A stretch of DNA of 64,000 nt from positions 4,609,512 through 4,673,511 of the forward strand of contig BFEA01000012.1 of the NCBI GenBank assembly GCA_003427395.1, given 5' to 3'. The notes beneath the pieces were generated by a model, which had not been told where the DNA came from, made no database searches, and saw only the letters and a program-made list of their open reading frames with translations. The stretch comes from Chara braunii. Its lineage: Eukaryota; Plantae; Charophyceae. Of this stretch, positions 49,946 to 60,946 are shown piece by piece (position 1 is the stretch's first letter; every line of letters starts with the position of its first letter). The position numbers and the translations under genes are program-made.

Positions 49946-52129
49946 TGTTTTACCGTTGCTTTTCGCGGGTATGTTGGCGGTGTTATGGAAGTTACGGGAG
50001 CCTTTGGAGGAGGCGACGGGCGTAATACGCAAAGTGTAGGAAAATGTCCCGCTAGTCGAAGGGAAGCTGTGGGGTGATGCTATGTTGTAGGTTTGTGATG
50101 GATGATGATCAGCCTCTTGCGGCTCGTCTGTGTTTTATATCCCGTCGAGTTAAGAGTCGTACGGCTGTGCCATGCCCAAACATGTTTTGATTATTCGTAC
50201 GGAATGCAAGATCGTGAGTATGCGTATCGTAGTCCTTTGGATTCATTAGGTACTATGCATCCTTGTTGAGATCAGCGGATCTTGTTGATGTGGTAGTTGA
50301 GTTGAGTTGCAGGTTTAGAGTTAGACGACTAGGTAGAGCGGATGGATGCTAACGGAGGTGAAAGCAATTATAGGCCTTGTGAGAATGAAATGCTGTGGTG
50401 AGACAGGAATAACGCAGGCAGGATCACGTAGTCGGCAGGATGGAAATGACAATTGTTTTGTGTGAAACACACGACGATCTAGACGCGTTTGAAATGTGGG
50501 ATGTGGCTCATGGGCATATAATTCCGCGCCCAAACACGCTCTATAGATCCCGGGATGTAAGTTACTGAGCGGAGTCCGAAGGAATTTGGCAGGTGTCCCG
50601 ATCTCTTAAATCCCGTCGATTTTTTTCTGTTGAGCACAACGTACGTACTGTCGTGTTCAAAATCTTCAACACCGAACCACTGTCCCGAATGGCTGGCTCA
50701 TTGACTCAATTGTGCCGAAGAGTTTTAGTTGCGCTTCCATGAGTGTCGCACGCTTGCTGGTGTTTTGTTCGCGCTCTGCTTGCTAGAAGCATATGCCACC
50801 AGCGCCAGTAGTAGGCTGGGTGTTCGTGGAGAAGTGGACTCTTATCACGATATCTATGGGCCCTTCGCGTCCGTAGACCGTAGCAAAGGGCTTGTCTATA
50901 CCACTAATAACCTTTCACACAGTTGTTGGGGACACAGGTACGCACAGTTGTCGCACAGGTCCAGTGTTGTTGAACAAGGTCAATGTATAGAGTAGATCGG
51001 TAGTTGTTCGTTACGGTCAACACAGTTATTCGGCACGGTGAAGACGAGCATGGACACATGGACAGTTACAGGGAGGGGATACTCGTTGGCTAACTGCGTG
51101 AAGCAAACTGTAACGGCCCTTTTTTTCCATTTCCGAGGGAGAGAGGGGAGGGGAAGGGTGGAGAGGGCAACTGCTCCAGGCCCTCTCTCTCTCTCTCTGA
51201 CATGGCACTGTTAAGTGCGTAGAATTCTAGCCTAGTTATGAATGGCAGGGCATATTAAAGTTGCCGGACCTCGAGGTGGAGAAACCCCCTTACTGTACCC
51301 ATTGGGGAAGGCCTGTTCTTCCCACGAGGGATTTAATGAATGACGTCACAAATAACAAAGCACCGAACCTGGCAACTGAAAAGGAGAACGAAGTAGGAAG
51401 ACGAAGCTACCGGATGTGGCAACTGAAAAGTAGAACGAAGAAAGAAGAAGGTACAAGACTTTTCGGATTCCGTGAAAAAAATTCTTGTACTTGCTACGCT
51501 GATGCAGTGTGTCTGCACCGACCTCTCAAGATGAATGCCTACAAGATGGCTTTTGTCCGAGTACATCACTCAACACGTATGTTGACAGACCAAGCTCCTG
51601 AGGAACTGTGACAGTCAATTAAACAGTCTGCCATAGTCCAGCATGAGTTCATTTTACTTGCAGTGGATTTGAACTGTTGAGTATATGCTTGCTGTCGATG
51701 CGAACCTTTTAGTATATAGATGACACGATGGGCCAATTATCTTCTTCACTCGGTAGTAACTGTAGCCGCTGTAGAATCTGCTATCTGGCTTGCTATGGTT
51801 GGTATTACTTCGCAAATACCTGGCGGCACTAAACACATACACATGCTCGCTGTAGCTGTGGGGACACACATGCTCGCTGTCGCTGTGTTCCCCCACATCC
51901 CTTATGATTTCTCAGTGATAGCTTCGACGCTTGGCATACCGCAACCAGCAACTCTGAGCAAAGTTTTGACAGAAGTTAAGCCACATGACTATGAATTTCT
52001 GCAGTGATCGCTTTGTTGTGCAGTGGAAGAAAGCGAAAACTTGGATCCATAGAATTTAACAGAGTTTGGCCGAGTTACCTAGCAGACCTTAAAACTCGTA
52101 TATGAACACACACTCACTGTAGACTGAGC

Positions 52130-53186
52130 GTGTAGACTGCACCCACGAGCTCAGAGTAGCGTGCCCTCCCATGTCCAAGGTCGTCCGAGTGTGTAGACTG
52201 CACCCACGCGCTCAAATTAAGCTTGCCGTCCCATGTCCAAGGTCATCCCAGTGTTCACTTCAACGGTGGCTGGCACCCCAACCTGCTTTTTTTTTTTTTT
52301 TTTTTTTTGAACAGAACCTCTTGGTTCTGGCTCCTACCATTCTGGGGAACGACAGTCCGGTTCCTATTCCCCCGGCAAGTCAATATGGAAAACATGGGAG
52401 AACCTGCTTTTGTATCTTCGCTGGTCAATAGACTCGCTTAAAAAGTCTGCAAACTCAAACGACTAGTATCCATCCGGGCTATTGTGAATGCGCACCTGCA
52501 CCTTCTGTGAAACGAATTTGGACAACCTGCGTGGCTAGGTTTGTGGTCGGTTGTGCATTCACTGCCCTAAGGAAGGAAAACAGGAGTTAGATGACGGAGA
52601 GCCAAAACTGCGCTCTGTCAGACTGTCCTCCATTCAGGAGATAATGATGATGGCTCACGCTGTGCGATCCCCTCATTCGAGTTTCCAGATAGAGAAGAAA
52701 TATGGCTTCCTCCCGTCGAGGCTTCCAGCAGGGCAGAAACCTCAACTGAGAAAGCCATTCCCGCCACAGGCCAGAAACCTCGACGGAGAAGCCATTCTTT
52801 TCTGCCAAAATGAAGAAAGCCAGAACTTGATGGGAGAAACGAATTCAAGCCCAAAACAAAGAATCAAAGAAGATGAACTCTTGGAACTTTATGTAAAAAT
52901 CTTGCCTGTCAATTTCGAGGATATCTACGGCAGTTCGAGGATATCGATGGCAGGGCTGGGGCCCGCATTTGTGCTGTAAATCTTACCTGTCAATATCGAG
53001 GCTATCTAGGGCAGGGCTAGGTCCCACGTGCTGCACGTGATTGAAAACGCAGCATTGAGGAAGCCCAACGTTGATATAGATGGACCTGGTCCCAGAGGTG
53101 GGCAAAACATCTGTCTTTGGGAAAATAAATGAGAACCTGGTCCCAGAGGTGGGCAAAAACATCTGTCTTTGGGAACATTAATGAGA
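52130..53186. repeat. Several short tandem duplications
   Basis: ~62-bp pair at 52130-52250, ~42-bp pair at 52892/52976, ~51-bp pair at 53084-53186. Confidence 0.8.
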
Positions 53187-53631
53187 CTTGGAGACTATGT
53201 TTTCTCGAAGGCCATGCTCATCAGCTCTGGCTAGAAGATGGTCACCTACACTTGGTGATGAGCGAAGGGTTGTGTGCCTGATTGTTTGTAGGGTGTGCGC
53301 TTCATCAGAAGATCCATGTCCTCGACAAGCTTTTCGTTCCATTTTTGTGCAACCTCGTGCGCAACACCTATCTGAGAATGAAACCTCCCACGAGCACTGT
53401 TTGACTGCTTGCTGTAAGTATTTCTCAAGACTGGTATATGCATGGCTCACACACTGGCCCCTTCAGGGCCCGATATTGGTTCACTCAGCGGCCAGGGAGC
53501 GTTTGTGGAGTGTGAGTCTGGGGATGTGTTCCTTTCCTTGTTCTGGGCTGTCTGGAGTTTCTGAGTGTTCATTTTTGGCTGTTCTCAGTACGTCTGTCTG
53601 TTTTGCGTTCATTTTTGTCTGTCCCTGAGTC

Positions 53632-53800
53632 TTTTTTTTTTTTTGTGGGGGGGGAAGGTTTGAATATATATTGCAAAACCAATAGGACGAGGCGCGGGAC
53701 CTCGCAATTCGACCTGGAGTTATCCTGGCAGCCTCAGCCAGTTCCGCTTATGATCAAAGCTCTGAACAACTGAATACTCAACGATATCATCTTCCTGAGT
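53632..53800 (-). mobile_element. Poly(A)-tailed non-LTR 3' end
   Basis: T run 53632-53644; 32-nt motif 53689-53720 is 27/32 identical to 42741-42772; distal boundary approximate. Confidence 0.55.
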
Positions 53801-54891
53801 TTGTCTGGTGTGGATGTGCCGTTTCACGGTTTGTCCAGACCGGGAGTGTCGTTCACTTAGTTGCCTGAAAGGAGTATGAGAATGGCTGGACCAGTTGGCG
53901 GGCCTGATTCAGGCCCAATGGCCGTTTTTCAGGCCTGGTGCAATCAGTTTGGGGATGAACCACATTTTTGTCCGGCTCCTTGTTTCTACATTGTGAGGAC
54001 GACTTTGCTGATACAGTAGAGGAGCCTGGATGTCTGGTTGGGACCCAGGTAGGTAGGATGTTTTTAGGCAGGACCAGGACTTGGGCCTGCATCCTGGAGG
54101 GTTGATTGGTGGTACAATTGGATGGGCCCAGGACACAGGCCGAGTAGGTACAGGCTGTACAGCGTTATATACACCGGGGCCAGCCTCCATTCTAGGCACA
54201 GCATTCTGGGAGTCATGCGGTTGGGACTCATGTGGCCATTCTGCAGGAGCAACGCTGGAGTAGCTGCACTGAAGGAGAGCAGAGCTGGAGTAGCTGCGCT
54301 GGAGTAGAGGAGAGTCTTCTTCTTGAGGGGCGGAGGCCAGGAGGTCCTGCGAGAGGAGAGATTCACTTGGGGCCTAACCTTTGGCTCCGAAGTTGGAACC
54401 CCCTTCAGGGGACCTCGGTCACCTGCAGCACAGCTGAAGACAAGAAAGGGGACCTCGGTCACCTGCAGCACAGGTGAATACAAGTCTTTCGCTGGTTAGT
54501 ACCTCGGCACAACACGGTTCTCAGCTCACTCTCAACATGGATGATGTACCCCTTTCATTAGCCTTCCGGCCATGCATGTTCCACCTCTTGCATGACCAGG
54601 AACCCAACACGTACGTTATCACACTGTTTGCACAACCCGCAAGCACCGCACCAACCAAATGCGCGTAAACCAAGTGCCAAGAGCTGGCACAACTATGATA
54701 CCAAATTGCAAGGAAATAAGCGATGCGAACAACAATAAACCAAGTTGCGACTTCTCACAAAAGACCAGACATCATTGAGCCCAAGTTGAAAGCAGAATTC
54801 AAAAGCAAGATTCACACCAACTAGGAATGATGTGAGCGCGTAAGTGCTTACCATGGCGTCCATGTGGTTCCCCATGGCCACTTCGCACTTT

Positions 54892-55630
54892 GGGCTCATC
54901 ACCTGAGATAGACAGTTCGCCGACCCTAGTAGGACTGTGCACCCGCACTAGGGGGTAGATTCAACCCTGAGGGGATAGGCTCAACCGAGAGGGCTCAACC
55001 TCGAGAGGATAGGTAGGCTGGGAGGTCAGGGAGGAAAGTGTCCCGTAGGTACTTAGTCTGCAACCCGTAACCCTTAGAATAGCTTCCCGTAACCCATAGA
55101 ATAGCTTGGTTCCCATTGGACTCTGTCTCTTATACACATCTAGATGTGTATAAGAGACAGTAGTAGGACTGTGCACCCGCACTAGGGGGTAGATTCAACC
55201 CTGAGGGGATAGGCTCAACCGAGAGGGCTCAACCTCGAGAGGATAGGTAGGCTGGGAGGTCAGGGAGGAAAGTGTCCCGTAGGTACTTAGTCTGCAACCC
55301 GTAACCCTTAGAATAGCTTCCCGTAACCCATAGAATAGCTTGGTTCCCATTGGACTAGTGCAGAAGATAAAAGGGAAATCTCCATCCTAGCTAAGGGTAG
55401 GTAGGTAGCTAGTGTGAGGTAGATATGAGATTGAGAGACGAAAATAGGGTAGTAAATACAGCTTGTCCCCCATATATGAGGAGAAGACAACTGTGTTCTT
55501 TATATAGATATATACTAGCTTAGCGCCTGTGGTGCTGGCGGTGCGGGCTAGGCCCGCATAACAAACTACTGACGCGTTTGAGGAAAGTAGTCACAACCAC
55601 TGACGCGATGAAGTAAGTAGTCAGACAGAC
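54892..55630 (-). mobile_element. LTR-like sequence with a half-tRNA-iMet-type PBS
   Basis: Minus strand ...CTATCTCA followed directly by GGTGATGAGCCC; TATA-like tract ~55500; far end uncertain. Confidence 0.45.
55123..55160. other. Nextera mate-pair junction adapter (Tn5 mosaic-end pair), assembly artefact
   Basis: Exact CTGTCTCTTATACACATCT+AGATGTGTATAAGAGACAG between two identical 196-bp copies (54927-55122, 55161-55356). Confidence 0.99.
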
Positions 55631-55659
55631 TTGAATGGACTTCTTATTTTTCAAGTTAC

Positions 55660-56410
55660 AGAGAGGGGGGAGGGGGGGGGGGGGGGGGCGGCTGTCGGAC
55701 TTGGATCCATATCTTGCTTCAATAGACACAAACCCCAACCTAAACGTACTGCACATCCATAAAAAATATACATGTATATTAAATGGACTTTTTGCGTTAA
55801 GAAGAAAACTTTCTTTTTTTTGTTCAAGTTGGGAAGGGGGTGCACCCCCTCCCTCCCCCACGCCGGACTTGGAACGATATGTTTCTCCACTAGACATAAA
55901 ACCTGCGCCAAGGCTGCTAAGAAGTGCGCATGGATTTTACTTTTTCTAATAAACAGTTAAGAATATATATATATATATATATCGTCAAATAGAACTGCCC
56001 GGTAAACCGTAGGCAGAGAGGGAGAAGAGGACAACAAACGAGGGGCTGTGACAAACTGTTTCGTCGGAGTTTCACCGACTCATTAGGAGGTATATATATC
56101 TGTCACAGCCCCTCGTTTGTTGTCCTCTTCTTTCTCTCTGCCTACGGTTTACCGGGCAGTTCTGTTTGTGACGATATATATATATTTTTTTTAAGTTTCA
56201 GCGGGGGTTGGCTCCCACACCCTCCTCCCCCATGTCGGACTTGGATCCGTATCTTGCTTAGCCACGTACAAAACCTGCACCTTGCTCGCTAAGAAGTGTG
56301 CATGAATATATGTATTTTTCTAGTAAATACTTAAGAATATTTGATATTCTTATTATTATTTTTTGAAAATGGGGCAGGCGAGAGGGCTCACGTCAGACTT
56401 GGATCCGCTC
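55660..56410. repeat. Degenerate ~170-bp tandem array (core GTCGGACTTGGATCC)
   Basis: Cores near 55694, 55862, 56234 and 56392; interrupted by the hammerhead repeat. Confidence 0.7.
55981..56175. repeat. Inverted pair of hammerhead-repeat copies in (TA)n
   Basis: 55981-56090 (-) with mutated core CTAATGA; 56101-56175 (+) 5'-truncated; separated and flanked by TA runs. Confidence 0.9.
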
Positions 56411-59400
56411 AGTTGGTAACACACCTCACAACTTTAGTACCACAGGGTGTCCCGCTAGTGATCGCCGGAGACTTCAATGCGACACCGGACAGATGGATAG
56501 ATAGGTGGAAAACCCAATCCCCCTGCCCGCCGTACATAGAGGAGGATGAAAAACTAATAGCGGGCCTCTGTGGCACACTCAGTTTGGTGGATGCACATCG
56601 GTATCTGCACCCGACGGAGAGAGCCTATACGTGCTTTCGCACCAATGACCCGACAAGTCATTCAAAATCACGTATAGACTTAATTTTAATATCAAAAGAA
56701 ATAAAAAATGCTTTCCAGCGCACAATAATTTTGCCACTGAGCCCTCACCCTGGGCTGGACCACTGTTCATGCGGTGCAGTACCAAGGACCGCTTTTTGAT
56801 TCCAAGGTAAGATGGTTCACTAACGGACTGTTCTTTTTAGCAAAGAAATGTAAGGACTACTCAAAACTTGTAGCGGCTAGGCGAAATGCACAAGAAAGGG
56901 ACATCCACAGACAACTCCACAGCCTGGTAAACCACGACAACTCGTGCGACCATACCTTGACGATACAAGGACTGCGGGACAACACACAGATAGCAAGGAA
57001 TCAGAATCCGAGGCAAGTTAAAACAATGGACCACCGAAGGCACCATGGACTCACAGTTCTTTAGCATGGCTTCAATGAGAGCACACCGCACCACGATCGA
57101 GGCTCTTACAGACCCCGCGACTAATGAACTGGCCACAACCACAGCCCATAGCATAAGGATCGCAAGATCCTTCTATCAGGACCTGTTCGCCTCTCACGCT
57201 CCTCCACAGCCAGAGGCCGACCGTCGGCTAGAGATTGACGACTTCTTGTGCCCAATAGAAAACCACCTCTCCCCCTCGCAGAAGGACAAACTAGACTGCC
57301 GCATCACTAAGGACGAAATCTGGACGACACTCATGCAAATGGATGAGGAGAAAACTCCGGGCCTAGATGGGTTCCCAAAAGAATTTTGGGAAACCATGTG
57401 GCCCCTCCTTAGCGACGATCTGATGTCATTCTATAATGAGGTCTGGGAGTCGGGGGATCTGGGGGAATTGGCAGGGCAAGGGGTGCTTTCCTTGATTCAC
57501 AAAAAAAGTGACAAAATGAACATACGTAACTACCGACCGATCACTCTGCTGACAGTGGTCTACAAGATGCTGTCTAAGGCATTGGCGAACAGATTAATCG
57601 ACGTGATTGAGGGTCTTATCCACCCGGCCCAGACCGGTTTTCTCCGTAATAGGAATATCCAGGAAAACATACTGTTGATTAATCAGATGATCAGCTTGGC
57701 ACAGCAATCCAGGAGCAATGCTGCTTTCATCTTCATCGACTTTGAAAAAGCATATGACCATGTGGACTGGCTATTCCTAGATAGATGCTTGGAACGCATG
57801 AACTTCGGCATGGCTTTTCGACGGTGGATAAACATCTTACACCGGGACGCAACTATGAGGGTGCAGATTAACGGGTCCCTGACCTCGGAAATAAAGCTGC
57901 AGCGCTTTGTGAGACAGGGCGACCCTATCGCCCCTTTCCTCTTCATTATCGTAATGGAAGCATTGGCTGCCAATCTTCGGCATAGCAGGGATCTGGAGAA
58001 GATTAGGATCGCGGGCATCCCAGAGGATGCAATCCTGGTGTGCTCTTTGTTCGCAGATGACCTGACAATCATGGTCGCGGCCACATTAAAAAACATTGAG
58101 GAAATTCAGAAACTAATGGACCGCTTCTGTACCCTCTCTGACATGGCTGTCAATTGGGGTAAAAAAACGCTGGGCTGGTGGCTCCACCAAGGGGGCCGCC
58201 GTCCTGAAAGGCAGCAGGTTACATGGGTACCCCGGGAGACCCCAATCCGGGTACTAGGGGTCAAGATGTCTGCTGAAGGAAGACCCCCAGAGAACGATGA
58301 ATGGGTCTCAGCCTCGGCCCTTGCTAAGCTCCTTCAATGGAACCACAGGAGTACGTCACTTTTCGGACGGGCACTAATCATTAATAACGCGGTCCTGACA
58401 TCTCTATGGTACAAGGCTGTTCTCTGGCCACTAAGCGAAGGGGCCCTCAAGTCCTTGAAAAGAAAGGTGGCAGCGTACCCTTGGAGAGGGGATAGCGAAA
58501 CCCCCCACGCCATTAGCCGGGTTGCGTGAGACTCGGTTATCCAACCCAAAACACAAGGGGGGCTTGGCATATTAGACCCCCTCACTCAGATGCAGGCCCT
58601 CAGCTTGCAATGGATCGTGAGGCTTATCTTCATGAGCCCGCTGACGTGGAGACCCCTCGCCCTTCATCAGCTAGCTCGCTTGGCCCCAGAGGCCCCCCCC
58701 ACAGTCCACCCGCTTCAGTGGTTGGATGACCGATATTGGCGGGTACCGCGTTACCCCCGAGGGGGAGAGAGAAAGGGGGATGATTTCTGGCCTCGACTGT
58801 TGAAGACATGGAGAAGACTCCCCTCCCCGTCCCGCCCACCCCCGAGTAGGTGGGAGGAGGTAGCATGGCAGCCCCTCTTTGGAAATCGCTGGATTACCAA
58901 TGGTGAGAGTCAGATCTATTGCAGCTCTGACCCCCCGTGGAAAGGATGGGTGAAGAATGGGATAACACGAGTGGGAGACCTATGGGACGCAGAAGAAAAT
59001 GACTGGAGAATCCCGGGGGCGATGAGGGAGCGTCTGAGATATTGTCAAAGGTTGACACCGCGCTCGAGGAGATCACCGAAACCCTCCCAGTGGAGTGGCG
59101 GATTATCCTACGCAGAGGGCCACAACTGCAGGAAGAGGACTGGGTCTCTAGGGACTGGGAACGGGTTAAGGTTGGCTATGTGCATCAAGTCCGACCAGAG
59201 GAGGTGCTGGTAGAGTGGTTTCAGGTAAAGGAGAACGGACTACTAGTAGGGAGCCGGGATCCTTTCCAATGGGAGTCCAAAGTGACTCTGTATAGAGTGA
59301 GGATCGTTGGCGAAGGAGAGAACCAGAGGGCATTTATGCCGGAGCTAGCCATACAAGACCTGCCTCTGGATCTGCAGGAATGGATCTGGTCTCATAAGGA

Positions 59401-60850
59401 GCGTCACACACCAGGGTAATCCTCCTCCACCACCTTGGCGGACCTTTCTGTGAAAGCAACTTACAGGAAAATCAGAACCAAACGCCGCCTAAAAGAAGTC
59501 GTGATGGATAGATGGCAGAGACACCTCAACGTGGACCGACAACTCCTTGCACCAATTCGGTGGTTCAAAGACACTAAGTACAAACCGGCAAAAATCACAT
59601 CACTTCAGTGGCAGATCCTGCATCGCTGCCTGCCAACAAATGATTGGCTGATAGATCACACCCAGCTGGAACAACAGGGCCGGGCCCTACCGTGGTGCTC
59701 ACGTTGCATGACGACCTTCCCCCCGAAGCGGCGAGCGGAAACAATAGAACATATTTTTCTGCAGTGCCCGACAACTGTTCTAACTTGGAGGTGGTGGGAT
59801 AGAGTGTGGCGACAGATTGTTCCAGGTCACCAATGGCCGTGGGATTGGTGGACTGTCCTCTTGGGCCACTGCTCGCCTCTCCAAGATGACACCTTCGCCT
59901 GGAACATGTTCCAGCTGGGCAGAAGAACAATCCTATAGGTTTTATGGTGGCAGCGATGCGCTTTCGTTTTTGACCGAGTCCGTGTTGAAGGCGAGGAGAG
60001 GAGAGAACAGTTTAAAAATCACATACAGATGGAGCTGGACTTTCGCTGGAAGTCGGTCAAACTCACTCTTGACACCCTCCACAAGGCGAAAGATATAAAG
60101 GATAGGATAACACAATTCTCCAAGGAATGACTGGGAGGGGATCGAGAAGGATGGGTAGCAAAGGTGTATTGGTCAGGGGAGGGAATTAAGGATGAGGGGT
60201 TAACACCGCCCCGGGACTACCGCCTACAGTTTAAAGACTGGCTGAACATCGATTGCAGTATTTCCCTGAGGCCAGCAGAAGACTTTCCGGACCCATTCCC
60301 GCCCCACCCACTGTCCCTAGAAGTAAGCTGGTCAGACTGAGTCTCGCATGTTGTAGTCTGCGGGCTCCCTAGGCTCTTTGCTCCTTGCTCTTTGTCTTAA
60401 AGCTCGTCTTAAAGTCTGGGTTTTGCCTCGCTTCTTGTCTTAAGGCTTTGGTTGGCCTACAATTTGTGCTAAAATTTGTGCTTGCTCCGAGAGTCGGGAT
60501 GCACCGCTGTTGCTTTTTCATTAGAATAGAGGCCCCGCAGGTGGAAATGGAAGGAGAACCTACTGGTGCCCCCCAGTGGCTCCTCTCGGATCCCGGGCCA
60601 GACTCACGGTTCAAGTCACTCCTATCCCTGCTCAGTTAATCCTTTGGTCACCAGAGCAATCAATGCTGGCAGATACTTTCTAATGTTCGTCCACTGCTCA
60701 TGTACCATACTGTATCAAAGTGTATCAACTGCAATGGGACGCTGGACCCGGTTTCCAGCAGGTGCTGCTCCCCACCAATAGATGGAGCCTCTCCCCAGGT
60801 GCTAGGGTCGTCTGCCTTAAACAGCAACGCTAGCACTGGAGGGGGTTGTG

Positions 60851-60895
<45 letters not shown>
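56411..60895 (+). mobile_element. 5'-truncated L1-like LINE: APE end, RT, zinc-binding C-terminus, 3' UTR, poly(A)
   Basis: VIAGDFN, SRIDLILIS, LDH; KTPGLDG, NYRPITLL, IDFEKAYD, RQGDPIAP, LFADD; CSRC...ETIEHIFLQC; A41 at 60855-60895; several frameshifts and stops. Confidence 0.96.
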
Positions 60896-60898
<3 letters not shown>

Positions 60899-60946
60899 GT
60901 TCAAGCGACACTCAGGAGGTCGTGGGTTCAATTCCCATTGCCCCCA

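Noticed and set aside
50729-50995. Signal-peptide-like ORF or exon
   Set aside because: No in-frame ATG and no recognisable domain; unsupported.
53186-53230. Minus-strand CTGATGA...GAAA, a possible second hammerhead
   Set aside because: Stems I and II cannot form.
55123-55160. Tn5/IS50 mosaic ends suggesting a bacterial transposon or horizontal transfer
   Set aside because: Exact library adapter.
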